Positions 22,269 to 35,625 are shown, counted from the whole stretch's first letter. The stretch: 62,929 bases of DNA, filler included, from Octopus bimaculoides (GCF_001194135.2; 4 parts of 3 records of this genome joined end to end with filler, not necessarily neighbours in it), one strand, 5' to 3'. Numbers and translations are program-made. Notes: generated by a model not told the origin, from the letters alone.

Positions 22269-22657
22269 GTGTGGAGGTGCAATGGCCCAGTGGTTAGGGC
22301 AGCGGACTCGCGGTCATAGGATCGCCGTTTCGATTCCCAGACCGGGCGTTGTGAGTGTTTATTGAGCAAAAACACCTAAAAGCTCCACAAGGCTCCGTCA
22401 GGGGATAGTGGTGAACCCTGTGGTACTCTTTCACCACAACTTTCTCTCACTCTTTCTTCCTGTTTCTGTTGTGCCTGTAATTCAAAGGGTCAGCCTTGTC
22501 ACACTGTGTCACGCTGAATATCCCCGAGAACTACGTTAAGGGTACACGTGTCTGTGGAGTGCTCAGTCACTTGCACGTTAATTTCACGAGCAGGCTGTTC
22601 CGTTGATCGGATCAACTGGAACCCTCGACGTCGTAAGTGACGGAGTGCCAACAAAAA
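22269..22657 (+). mobile_element. Full-length family B tRNA-SINE, CpG-intact
   Basis: A-box tggcccagtgg, B-box gtttcgattcc; imperfect TSD acgaaacctc (22259-22268) / acgagacctc (22658-22667). Confidence 0.92.
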
Positions 22658-23055
22658 ACGAGACCTCACGTAAATTTGTTGGGGATTCGTTCTCCTGAAA
22701 ACAATGTAAGCTTCATATAATCAAGGTTTCCTTGGCCAGAAGCGTAGCTTGCGATGTACCCCTTGTTTGGATAATTTACTACTTCCAAGGTTCCACTAGC
22801 TATGAAGCATATGTAACCTGGATTTTTATCTACTCCATTCCCTTATTTTGGAATATCTATCTGCATATACAACAACCCCAGTTGCTAACCGTGAACTATA
22901 AAATAAACTTTCGTCAGCTTATTGTACTTCAATACGGGAAAAATTCACAACCTTGTGCGACAATTAACCACATTCATTCTTGAAAGTTGTTTTTTATATC
23001 TTCTATAAATTGCTTGAATCTCACTACCTTCCTACACCTTGACCCTTGGATCTTA

Positions 23056-23094
<39 letters not shown>

Positions 23095-23138
23095 NNNNNN
23101 NNNNNNNNNNNNNNNNNNNNNNNNNNNNNNNNNNNNNN

Positions 23139-23150
23139 TTAATTAATTAA
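23139..23150. other. Artificial six-frame-stop spacer TTAATTAATTAA in a 44N+12+44N join
   Basis: Identical 100-bp construct occurs three times in the window. Confidence 0.93.
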
Positions 23151-23399
23151 NNNNNNNNNNNNNNNNNNNNNNNNNNNNNNNNNNNNNNNNNNNNTATATA
23201 TATATATATATATATCATTAGATACAAGTAATGGGACAAATGAAACAAAGTGACACTCAGCAAATTTAGTAGAAGATACATTTATTATTTAAGAAGACCT
23301 CGATTCAGTTCCATATTACATAATGTTCCTCAGGTTAGTAGAACGAAACTATGTCGTCAAACATCAACAGAAAAATAAAGAGGAAGAAGAAAATTTCAA

Positions 23400-24352
23400 G
23401 ATGTCTGGTCAAGTCATGTGATATTACTGGTCTGAAAGCGACATAAGGTATTCTATGACTTCTTCGGCCCACGTGTTAGTACACGATGTCGGTGGATAGC
23501 TGTTGCCGACATGATTGGAAATTGCGTTAAAGTATATTTAGCGACATCAGTTATTACATTTGAGGCCACACAGGGCAGGACGTGTTATATATACTCTCTT
23601 GGGTTTATTGCTTCACGGACGATCCGTGAAGATTTAACATACAAGAGGCAGCAGATTTCTATACAAGTAACCAGTTTTAGTGGTGCTGGATTAAAATTTG
23701 TTGGTGTAAGGTTAAAAGATTCTAAAGCGTTCTTCGTCAAAATATCTGTTCATCAGTTCACGCGCACACAAATTCAAAATACAAACACAGTCAGCGAAAC
23801 GTACAAGGAAACCAACACTTCTACATGCAATTACTTAAACTCTGAAGCGAAAGAGCTAGCCACTCATCTAAATATACAGGATTATGTGAGCCGCCTCTCC
23901 AGGTCTTCTATCTATGTCACGCTTAAGGAGCATAAACTTTAATATCCTTCTAGCCATAAGGGCAGGATATACTTTAAGGGCGAATAACGGATCGTAATAA
24001 AGTGTAATCTCGATACTATCATTCAGATATTAGAAACGCTGCGGGATCGATCTAGTGGGGACCGCAGTACCGTAGTAATCAACTGGTTCCGCAGCATGAA
24101 GAATAAATCAGCCTGATAGTTCGATATCGAAATTCTTCCTCCTGAGGGTTTCAGATTTTGGTAGGCAGTTCTTCTATATCAGTGACCACGATATCAGAAT
24201 TATCATCAGGCATGCCAGAAAGTCAATCCTGGTTCACAATGATTCCTTTCGTCGAAGAAGGAAAACATCCAACTGTTGGACGTATTTATGGGACATACTA
24301 AGGGCTGAAATCGCTGGTTTCATCTTGTTATTTGTTTCATACCCTAAGGACG

Positions 24353-24417
<65 letters not shown>

Positions 24418-24419
24418 AT

Positions 24420-24454
<35 letters not shown>

Positions 24455-25020
24455 CCATAGCTCGGATGTGTATAGGGATGGCGATCTGTTAAACTCAAGC
24501 TATATGAGTTGTCACCTCATGGACAAGTTCATGAAGGATCTAATAAAGACTTTCAAAGAATTTGTTCTATCTATAATAGTGACGACCAATTTGATAAAGG
24601 ACAAGTCCCTCTGAACGTAACCCTAAGCGTGAAGAGAAGCATGTATTACACTTATATGAAACCCAACAAGAAAATGTGTATTATACAAAACTGTCAGACA
24701 TCTGCCCGTACTCAGAAACATAATCACAAGCATGTTCGGGAAAAACTCTTACCTATCAACAAACAGAGTTTTTCAACAGTGCCGTTTCAACATAGGGAGG
24801 AGTGAATTCACTAAGAAGTTAGTGTATATAGAAGACATCCCATCTTCACTCTCGGACTTTAACACTATAAGCTTTAACCAGATGAAAGATCTGGAAACTT
24901 CAAAAAATTGAAATATTTCTAAATCACTAGGCTCAACCTTTATAACCACAATAAGAGCATTATACAGAGTTAGCCAAAAATTTGCAATGACCCAAAAAAG
25001 GGACGTCCTCAAATACCTTG
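23400..25020 (+). mobile_element. Penelope-like retroelement (Neptune-type) reverse transcriptase relic, split by a (CA)n expansion at 24355-24452
   Basis: Plus-strand translations ELATHLNIQDYVSRLSRSSIYVTLKEHK, STVVINWFRSMKNK, ISDHDIRIIIRHARKSILVHND, LLDVFMG, VYRDG, LNVTLSVKRSMYYTYMKPNK appear in the order of Neptune RT blocks (AFITLKDHK, VIDWF, HARKSLLF, FDVTMG, LYRDDG, FLDVTF..YKPYRKPN). Confidence 0.8.
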
Positions 25021-25639
25021 CGCACCTTGTATATACATATACATATATCTATACATAACATACAAGCATAGAGAAATAACTTAACACGGGATGGATTGAA
25101 CAGGCTTTATTACATATCACTGCAATTGTTTCAGCACATTATTATCAGCTCTTAATTGCTGAAAGTTGTATACGTTATATGCAATATTGTATAAATATGA
25201 TTCAACAATGGCTGTATACATGTGCATCTTCTGGTGACCAAAGTCAAAACAATACTGCATCTTCCCTAGCTATTCCATACCGAAATACTATTTTTAGTAT
25301 TCCTCTAACAAAAGAGAGTAAGGGAATACAATGAGATACAAATGAGAACGAAAATAAAAGTAAATTGATGAAATGAAAATAAAGAACTTCCACTACAGAT
25401 GTGTCTGGAAATTTAGGAAATATATAGAAAAAAACACTTAAAGATATGTATTTCATAAGAGAATAGGCTTTAATATTTACCCACTTCAAAGATATTTACG
25501 AATTTCCAAATGTATATCCAGTAAGAGAAGAAGTATATATAACATTTGTATAACATTTGATAGCCGACACACAGAGAAGAGCTTTAGAGTTCACATTATC
25601 AGATTATTACGCAGATTATATTAAACTACGTAGGTAGAA

Positions 25640-27873
25640 ACATTTCTTTTATTAGCCACACAGGGCTCAACAAAGATGGGACAGATACAATGTAGAGCTT
25701 TTCTTTTTGGGAGGGGGAAGGAAAAGAAACAATAGGGGTGTGTCGATCAAAAGGGATCGTAGGAAGGGAAAAAGGGGGGAGTTCGATCAAAAGGGATCGA
25801 GAAAAAAAAAAGCGATCAATAGGGATCGTGTATCACACAGTAATGTTCTCGTGTAAAAAGAGGGGAGGACAGTTTAGGTTTAGCCGCGGAAAGAAAAGCC
25901 TACGGAAAAGACCACGGTAGCCTTGGCCAATATTGTCATTACAGAAACTATAACAGNNNNNNNNNNNNNNNNNNNNNNNNNNNNNNNNNNNNNNNNNNNN
26001 NNNNNNNNNNNNNNNNNNNNNNNNNNNNNNNNNNNNNNNNNNNNNNNNNNNNNNNNNNNNNNNNNNNNNNNNNNNNNNNNNNNNNNNNNNNNNNNNNNNN
26101 NNNNNNNNNNNNNNNNNNNNNNNNNNNNNNNNNNNNNNNNNNNNNNNNNNNNNNNNNNNNNNNNNNNNNNNNNNNNNNNNNNNNNNNNNNNNNNNNNNNN
26201 NNNNNNNNNNNNNNNNNNNNNNNNNNNNNNNNNNNNNNNNNNNNNNNNNNNNNNNNNNNNNNNNNNNNNNNNNNNNNNNNNNNNNNNNNNNNNNNNNNNN
26301 NNNNNNNCTTGAAGAAGTTGATGAGAGATTGCCCAGAGAGGAAAGTCTTTGTCTCTAGACCTTTCAGACGCGTCCACCATACACATTCTTTCGCCATAGC
26401 CACAAGTACGATGAAAATAGCTCTTCCTTCCCGTTTAAAAGAAGGAGGGGCGACAATATTCACGATAGACTCGGCTGATAGACCGACTCGTCCCACACGC
26501 GATAGCAGTTGTTTGACGTAAGCCCACAGCTCGGAAATGGTGGGACACTGTACGAGTGTGTGCAGAACGGTTTCGTCGCTCCGTCTGCATCTCGGACAGG
26601 TCGGCCCCGTGTTTCTCGGGCCATGCCTGTAGAGCCTTATCCCGAACGGGTTGAGCTTCTCGATAGCACTGCCAGGCCAGGGATCTCTGGAAGTTGTCCA
26701 TAGGTCCCGGCCCGAAGGACGTCTTAAACAGGCGGGTCAGATATTCCTCGTCGACGCCCAGGTTCGCCCCGAGATCGTCGTCGTACCTTCCNNNNNNNNN
26801 NNNNNNNNNNNNNNNNNNNNNNNNNNNNNNNNNNNNNNNNNNNNNNNNNNNNNNNNNNNNNNNNNNNNNNNNNNNNNNNNNNNNNNNNNNNNNNNNNNNN
26901 NNNNNNNNNNNNNNNNNNNNNNNNNNNNNNNNNNNNNNNNNNNNNNNNNNNNNNNNNNNNNNNNNNNNNNNNNNNNNNNNNNNNNNNNNNNNNNNNNNNN
27001 NNNNNNNNNNNNNNNNNNNNNNNNNNNNNNNNNNNNNNNNNNNNNNNNNNNNNNNNNNNNNNNNNNNNNNNNNNNNNNNNNNNNNNNNNNNNNNNNNNNN
27101 NNNNNNNNNNNNNNNNNNNNNNNNNNNNNNNNNNNNNNNNNNNNNNNNNNNNNNNNNNNNNNNNNNNNNNNNNNNNNNNNNNNNNNNNNNNNNNNNNNNN
27201 NNNNNNNNNNNNNNNNNNNNNNNNNNNNNNNNNNNNNNNNNNNNNNNNNNNNNNNNNNNNNNNNNNNNNNNNNNNNNNNNNNNNNNNNNNNNNNNNNNNN
27301 NNNNNNNNNNNNNNNNNNNNNNNNNNNNNNNNNNNNNNNNNNNNNNNNNNNNNNNNNNNNNNNNNNNNNNNNNNNNNNNNNNNNNNNNNNNNNNNNNNNN
27401 NNNNNNNNNNNNNNNNNNNNNNNNNNNNNNNNNNNNNNNNNNNNNNNNNNNNNNNNNNNNNNNNNNNNNNNNNNNNNNNNNNNNNNNNNNNNNNNNNNNN
27501 NNNNNNNNNNNNNNNNNNNNNNNNNNNNNNNNNNNNNNNNNNNNNNNNNNNNNNNNNNNNNNNNNNNNNNNNNNNNNNNNNNNNNNNNNNNNNNNNNNNN
27601 NNNNNNNNNNNNNNNNNNNNNNNNNNNNNNNNNNNNNNNNNNNNNNNNNNNNNNNNNNNNNNNNNNNNNNNNNNNNNNNNNNNNNNNNNNNNNNNNNNNN
27701 NNNNNNNNNNNNNNNNNNNNNNNNNNNNNNNNNNNNNNNNNNNNNNNNNNNNNNNNNNNNNNNNNNNNNNNGCGCCAACCGCTTGGCTAACACCTTGGCC
27801 AAAATTTTCATGTCGGCATTGAGCAGAGTGATGGGCCTAAAGTTATCTATGACGTCCCCCTTGTTTGGATCTT

Positions 27874-27874
<1 letters not shown>
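25640..27874 (-). mobile_element. 5-prime-truncated Tx1/L1-clade LINE (RT start to 3-prime UTR), largely in gaps
   Basis: KDPNKGDVIDN/RPITLLNADMKILAKVLAKRLA (L1-type RT entry); C-terminal AMAKECVWWTRLKGLETKTFLSGQSLINFFK; AATAAA near 25655 on the element strand. Confidence 0.85.
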
Positions 27875-27936
<62 letters not shown>

Positions 27937-27937
27937 T

Positions 27938-27997
<60 letters not shown>

Positions 27998-28032
27998 AAC
28001 ATGAATAGATAGATAGATAGATAGATAGATAT

Positions 28033-28078
<46 letters not shown>
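27873..28078. repeat. (GATA)n microsatellite
   Basis: Direct reading; abuts the 5-prime end of the Tx1-like LINE. Confidence 0.95.
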
Positions 28079-28380
28079 TCAAGATCGACTATGTCTACAG
28101 GGAGGATAATGTTTACGATTGTATCGATGCCTGAATACTACTGACACATATATTGATTTCGCTGAAATATTCCGCATAAGGAATCAATGAGAATAAATAT
28201 AATATTAGAACGTAGATCTTGATAACCTATCCACATGCAAGGCTGTGCGATTAATAAGCGCGTTTCTGAATCACGTGGTTACATGTCGGTTTAAACTTTA
28301 CTAAACCTTGAATAACTGCTTTCTGCTCTTTTCTCGATTTCAGCAATATAGGGGGAATAGAATTTGCTATATTGAAACTG

Positions 28381-28390
28381 TGCTGAAACG

Positions 28391-28440
<50 letters not shown>

Positions 28441-28627
28441 ATGCACACGTACGTTCTATTTGATTCTGTATTCGTGTTTCTGTCATAGAAATATAACCAA
28501 TCAGTGAATATAGAGCAATGAGATACATTTCTGAATGAAAAAAATCTAAATACTAGAGTGAGCATAGTCAACTAAAATACTTGAAGCAGGCGTTCTAGAA
28601 TGGCTGCAATCTAGTGACTAAAACTCG

Positions 28628-28658
<31 letters not shown>

Positions 28659-28678
28659 NNNNNNNNNNTGCTGAAACG

Positions 28679-28728
<50 letters not shown>

Positions 28729-28915
28729 ATGCACACGTACGTTCTATTTGATTCTGTATTCGTGTTTCTGTCATAGAAATATAACCAATCAGTGAATATA
28801 GAGCAATGAGATACATTTCTGAATGAAAAAAATCTAAATACTAGAGTGAGCATAGTCAACTAAAATACTTGAAGCAGGCGTTCTAGAATGGCTGCAATCT
28901 AGTGACTAAAACTCG

Positions 28916-28946
<31 letters not shown>
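28381..28946. other. Direct duplication of ~280 bp around a 10-N gap (probable assembly overlap)
   Basis: 28381-28658 and 28669-28946 look identical except for microsatellite lengths. Confidence 0.85.
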
Positions 28947-28949
<3 letters not shown>

Positions 28950-30566
28950 GGAGTTTAATACATTTAATCTGGCTCCCTAAAGCCTTCACTTGTAATAATA
29001 TTTTAAAGCATTGACGTCCGTCTACACGATCGCAAGGCTAATTTTAGTAGACATTATAGGGGAGTCTAGTTTTGCTAAAGAAGTTTAATAAAACCGAAAC
29101 GCGACGGGAATTTTCTCGTACTTATTCAATTACAATACTTTATTCATTAAGCTAATGTTGTAATTTCTATTGACGAATAATTATTTCAAATTAGACTCAT
29201 TATGCTCACTGTCAAGAATATGTTAGCTAACTATAATTTATTTTCCCTTGATCTTGTACTTAGTACTCGTACTTAGTTGCGTAAGATTTTATTGACATCT
29301 TCAGTACTTGACCCTGCATAATTATTGTAAGAATTGTGAATGATAATTATGCTTCGTTGAGGAATTCTACTGGAACAAAAGAATGCCTGAATTTCATTTC
29401 TTTATTTGCTGAAATGAATAAAATTATGCTAGCGTTTTTGAGCTAACTGTGTATCTTTCTTCGTTGCGAGATCTTTAATGGATTCAATTAAGTCTACTAA
29501 GAATCTATTTCTTAATAATCACTACATTAAATGTTAACACTAGCTTAATCTCAATAAGGAGTGGAATATTTGATCTTTGCTTGTTAGTGATATTTCCTGT
29601 ACAGACATTTGACGGATATTAATGCAGCTTAACTAGATTTAAATTCTGAATATTAAAGAAAACAAACTTCTGTTGTCCGTTTATTCTGGTACTTTATAGC
29701 TGCTCGTTCTAGTTAAATCATAAGGTATTAATATTAAAACTTTCAGTCCGCTTTATAACATACACCCGCAGACATGATCAATTCATTTTAATGGAATATT
29801 AATGTGTGCACTAAGCAAACGTTAATTTATTACTGCGAACCAAGGTCATCTATGAAATATTTCAGATGCATCATTATATATTTAAATGTTTCTTCAGATT
29901 ACTCAGAATATTTTAAAAGGCCTATAATTTTAAAAGTGACGTTAAACTGATTATAAAACAAATAACTCGCAATAAATTATATATTCCATGTTATATTTCA
30001 TATTTAACATTGTTGCTGTCTGAAGATTTAGGAAACAAAATCATCTTCAAAATTCGTATATACTTTCCTATGGAAGTCAAATATATCGTTGTAAATAATA
30101 TTATTTATTGATGTATAACGATAGCCTGTGTAAATATCTAATGACGAGAATTCTAATTATCTCACCCAAGTATAGAATGCATTGCATTCAAAGTTTCAAT
30201 GAAACACGCTTTTTGACTGTTTCCAGAATTAAAACCTTAAGACTAACAGATAATTAAGATAACGGTGTAAGACTGGTGTTATATTGCAAACGGTATAGCA
30301 CAAAAATTCAATACTTCACAGCATCTATTTTTGTTCTTTGCAGATCACAGTCAGTGAAAATAAAGAAATAAATAAATTAAAAACTGGCAATAATTCAATA
30401 AAATCTAACATTTCCCTTAACAAATGAAGATATGTGCCTTGGAGAAAATAATCTCTATTTTCGATAATTATATATACATGTTTGTGTGTGTGTGCGTGCA
30501 ATTATTTACCACAATATATGTATGGTATATATTTATGTGCATATATATGCATAGAAAAGTGTGTGT

Positions 30567-30598
<32 letters not shown>

Positions 30599-30619
30599 TA
30601 TAATTGTTTCTGATTTAGG

Positions 30620-31235
30620 CACTCAACCAAGAAGTTTTGACGGACGCGGGTTAGTGAAAAGTATCGACTCCAATAGTTGACTAGTATCATCTAGACGTGG
30701 CAAGGATTTGAACTCACAGAGTAAAGAATTGAAAGAAACACCACTAGACATTGATTTCTGAAAGTCTGACGATTCTGTCAATCCACGACCTTTGTAATAG
30801 TAATAATAATTTTGAGACAAGGCAACAATTTTAGAAGAATTGGACAGTCGATTACAACGACCTCAGCGGTACATATCTTCACGATCTCAAAAAGACGAAA
30901 GGCGAGTTAACTTCGTCGGAATTTGAACGTAAATAATGTGATATGTATACAACCGGAAAAAAGGCTCTTACGAATTTTGTCCGACGCTCTAACGATACTG
31001 ACAGTTTTTCTCTCAATAGTAATGATAATGGTTTCAAATTTTGGTACAAGGCCAGCAATTTGGGCGAGGGCATATGTCAATTACATCGACCCCATTACTC
31101 AACTGGCACTTATTTTATCCAACAAAAAAGTCTAAGCTGATCTCGACGGAATTTGAACTCAGAACGTAAAGACGGACGAAGTACCATAAAGCATGTTGCC
31201 TGATGTGCTAACTATTCTGCCAGCTCGCCTGCACG
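30620..31235 (-). mobile_element. Three degenerate Deu/Nin-domain SINEs in tandem
   Basis: Reverse-complement matches (ggaatttgaactcagaacgtaaagacggacgaa; catcgaccccattactcaactggcacttatttt). Confidence 0.7.
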
Positions 31236-32339
31236 TAACTCCTAACAGTCAACAGCATTGACTCTCGTTATTGAATTTGACACTATATCGACAGTATGTC
31301 TGTCTTCCTTGGTTTCAAAAGGAAAAATAAAAACTATGGGAAAAATACAGAAATTCGAACTACAGTATCCTGCGTTTGTGTCCAGACAAAGCATCATTAA
31401 TTTTCGCTTGTTCATAAGTTGCAACAAAGAAGGAAGGTAAAAAGTAGAAGAAAAGATAAAGCAGGAAAGATAACTCCTAGTCAAAAGGTTTATTGTAAAT
31501 GTTATGTCAATTTTCTAATATTTTATCTATTCTTGCAGGACGGGACGCTAGAAATTCACAAATATTTTCATACTACAAGTATATATATTCTTGTGTTTTA
31601 AGGACTGAACGTGCAGTGGTGTCAGAATAATTTCTGTCCATGTCTACTTTCAGGCGTCCCTCGAATTTACAGCGGTTTAATGTAAATTGTTCGGTGAGGT
31701 CCGTCGAAATATTGTTATTGTGTCTGACGTCATACCTGTGTCCATTGAACCGTACATCTAATTTTTCTATTGTGAAACGATTTAATTGTGCTCAGTCCAT
31801 TCCATTGTACACACCAAATGGGAATCCTTACAGGTCACCCCTTCTTTATTAATATTATCTTCTCTGTTATAATCTTTGATGGGGTTGAGTCATATTGATG
31901 CACAGTGAACAGGGCTTACCTTTTTTCCAGTTGTCTCTATGGAGTATAGAGTTCAGAAACTCCAATGGGGTTCATATTACGATTAGAGTTACTGATTAAT
32001 ACTTCTTGTATATACTTTTTTTGCGTCGTCTAAAGGCCGCAGTATTCGGATAATGAAGGATTTATTTGAAACGAGGATATCTTTCTATTTTTCTTCTTTC
32101 TTCTCTTTGTTTTTTCTTGTTAGCAATAATGAACAAGTGAAAATTTATAACGTTTTGTTGAGAAAGAAACATGAAATTCCATTTCTAATTTCGGATTTGT
32201 GAATCTCTGAGTATTTTCATCTTTCATTTTGAACCCAAAACACCGTTAAATTCAATAAATAGTGTCTATCTCTAATATATCGCACGTATCGTATCCGCTC
32301 TTTTTGTTATTGTGTAATAATAATAATAATAATAATAAT

Positions 32340-32470
32340 CCTTTCTACTATAGGCACAAGGTCTGAACTTTTAGGGCATGAGGTTAGTCGATTACATCGA
32401 GACCAGTGCTCAACAGGCACTTTATCTTATCGATCCCGAAAAGCTGAAACGTAAAGTATATCTCACTGCC
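32340..32470 (-). mobile_element. Deu/Nin-domain SINE 3-prime part
   Basis: aatcctttctactataggcacaagg...gtcgattacatcgagaccagtgctcaac. Confidence 0.7.
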
Positions 32471-33394
32471 TTGATAATAAGAATTTGTCAGTTTCGAAGT
32501 CGTATCAGTAGTATTGTGTTGCAAAAAAAGTTCCTGATATTATCGAATTCAAGTCCCTGGTGTCTGATTACTCAATGGATTCTGAAAACAAACCCAATTT
32601 TTTTTTTTACACAAATTTGGCACAATTTTTTATACATATACTACACATCCCTGTAGTTCTTTGTTAAAATTACACATATCGTACTAACTGTATTATATCA
32701 ACAAGTCTTATAAAACAAAAACAATGTTAAATTTGCAGACGTCTATAAATACAAGTATTCGTTTAATGAAATATGTAACTTGAATGGCTTTAATATCTTA
32801 CTGGAAGAAATACATTTCCGAAGAATTGTTTTCACTTTTACCAATGGTTACCTGCAGGTCTAAGATTATGGCAGTTGGAATGGAACCAAGATTCTTCTTC
32901 TACCCTCGAATATTTTAATTGATAATTATTTATGAGATAATTTTGATAACAGTCTGTCCAAAGTGATAATTATTTAATATGTATCCCCAAGCTAAAGTGT
33001 CAGCATTTCCATAAAGCTTAATTTACATATATATGGTTCTCAGTAATTTGTACTTACTGCTATTTGCTGTAAAATACATAATACATTAACCAAATACCTC
33101 TGGATGAAATAGGCTAAGTTTACGAAACATAACTTTGCCAAATATATATATATATATATATATANNNNNNNNNNNNNNNNNNNNNNNNNNNNNNNNNNNN
33201 NNNNNNNNNNNATATGTTTGACAAACTTTATGCATATTATTCAAAAATTTTCATGAAGTTATTCTGTTTTGTTCGATTTTTGAATCGATGTTCTCACATT
33301 AGTTTAGTGTTAAAGGTAATTTTAATTTTAGCAGAAGACTTCATATTCGTATACAAAACGCTCTCTAATTTCACTGAAGTAAACTCTGAAATGT

Positions 33395-34385
33395 AATTTT
33401 TCTTTTGGTACATGTTTTATTTCTTTTTATTACTTGTTTTTGGTAATTTCTGGGGGGATGTCTTTGGTCTTGTGCTGCAATTAAAAATCTTTCAGTCTCT
33501 GCTTTGAGTCCTGAGCTTCTCAAGCATTGTTGGGATTTTGCTTTATCTATTTTTTTCTGTTTAGTTTAACTCAGTATTTGACATGAAGGGGCTTTTCTTG
33601 CCATCGTTTTATCATGATCCGTTGCTGTTCCAATTGTAGTTTGGATTTCAGTTGTTTTACAGCTTTTGTTGTTTCTTCTTTTTCTTCATAGTTGTTAGGT
33701 ACAATGACTTCTTTTTGCATTTGCCAGCTTCCTTAAAGACTGAAAACAGTTTTTGTGTTCCTGTTTTCTGACACTTTGTTTTAGATTTCTTGTTTCTGAA
33801 GTAGGTATATCTCTAGTCCTATGGTGGTTATTTTGTAATAGTTTTCTAGTTGTATGAAGCCTCTACCACCTACCATACGTTGTATGTATAACCTTTCTAT
33901 GTCAGATTTTGCGTTGAGCATCCTAAATCCTATCATTTCTTGTTTTCCTGTCTATTTTGATTAGTTCATTTGTGTGTTATATCGTATCTAGTTCATAGAT
34001 TTCTGAGTATTTTTATGTCTGCCTTTGGTCTAATTCTCTTATTTCATTTGTTTCATGTAGTTTTATGTTGCTACTCTTACCTTTGGTAAATCCATGTGCT
34101 GACAGTTTCCAGCTGTTTATCATTTGTAGCGTATCGTTTTAGATCCTCCATATATAAGAGGTGGCTGATTATTTTGAGGTAACAGTTGTATCAACATCTA
34201 GTTCTGTTTAATACTTCTGATAAAGCTGTTAGTGTCAAACCAAAAAGGAGTGGAGCGAGTGTGTCTCCCTGGAATATTCCTCTCATGCGGATGTCTTTGG
34301 TTGGTTTATTTGCGTCCTTCTTTTGTCTGGAGTAGTAGCACTGTCTGCCATTTATTTATGGGAGGTTTTATATACCTTATGGCAT
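33395..34385 (-). mobile_element. R4/Dong-clade non-LTR retrotransposon RT relic
   Basis: Minus strand IRMRGIFQGDTLAPLLFGL and KSDIERLYIQRMVGGRGFIQLEN; abuts a long (ATT)n tract. Confidence 0.8.
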
Positions 34386-34386
34386 A

Positions 34387-34533
<147 letters not shown>

Positions 34534-34816
34534 NNNNNNNNNNNNNNNNNNNNNNNNNNNNNNNNNNNNNNNNNNNNNNNNNNNNNNNNNNNNNNNNNNN
34601 NNNNNNNNNNNNNNNNNNNNNNNNNNNNNNNNNNNNNNNNNNNNNNNNNNNNNNNNNNNNNNNNNNNNNNNNNNNNNNNNNNNNNNNNNNNNNNNNNNNN
34701 NNNNNNNNNNNNNNNNNNNNNNNNNNNNNNNNNNNNNNNNNNNNNNNNNNNNNNNNNNNNNNNNNNNNNNNNNNNNNNNNNNNNNNNNNNNNNNNNNNNN
34801 NNNNNNNNNNNNNNNN

Positions 34817-35042
34817 TTTCTGTATGTTATATATATTTGTAAGTCCTGCTATTTTTGTTATGTATTTGTCTGAATATTTTTTTATTTTACCTAAGGCACC
34901 TACTATGATAGGAATTGTTTCTGTTTTTAGATTCCACATTCGAGTTATCTCTATTTCCAGGTCTTTGTATTTTGAAAGTTTTTCCATTTCTTTTAGAGAA
35001 ACGTTGTCATCTGCTGGTATTGATACATCAATTAGAAAGCAT
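34817..35042 (-). mobile_element. R4/Dong-clade restriction-like endonuclease (REL) domain relic
   Basis: EKLSKYKDLEIEITRMWNLKTETIPIIVGALGKIKKYSDKYITKIAGLTNIYNIQK; embedded in (ATT)n. Confidence 0.85.
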
Positions 35043-35049
35043 TTTTTTA

Positions 35050-35114
<65 letters not shown>

Positions 35115-35116
<2 letters not shown>

Positions 35117-35324
35117 GGCTGCGAACTGGCAAAGCCGTTAACACGCCAGGCAAAACGTTTAGCAACAATTCGCCCATCGCTTCGTTCTGAGTTCAAATTC
35201 CGCTGAGGTTGACTTTGCTTTTCATCCTTTCGGGGTCGATAAAACAAATACTAGTCAAGCACTGCGGTTGACGTAATCTTCCAGTCCCCTCCCCTCAAAT
35301 TTTACCTCTTGTGTCTATAATATA

Positions 35325-35357
<33 letters not shown>

Positions 35358-35625
35358 CAGCAGAAGCAGCAGTAGCAGCAGTAGTAGTAGTAGTAGCAGT
35401 AGTAGTAGTGTCATTGCAAGGATAATAGTACGCCATGCAAAATGCTTGCCGGTATTTCGCCCGTCTTTACGTTCTGAGTTCTAATTCACCCGAGGTGGAC
35501 TTTGCCTTTCTTTCTTTCGGGGCCAATAAATTGAATACCAGTCAAATAGTGATGTCGATGTGAACGACTTACCCACTGCCTGCAAATTTCAGGCCTCGTG
35601 TCTATAGTAGAAAAGATTATTATCA
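35115..35625 (+). mobile_element. Two Deu/Nin-domain SINEs separated by an (AGT/AGC)n tract
   Basis: Full head, B-box and core at 35115-35325 and 35430-35625. Confidence 0.8.

Noticed and set aside
31912-31990. Possible minus-strand exon ending AAAAAAG|gtaagc
   Set aside because: No good acceptor, two of three frames closed, and no homology.
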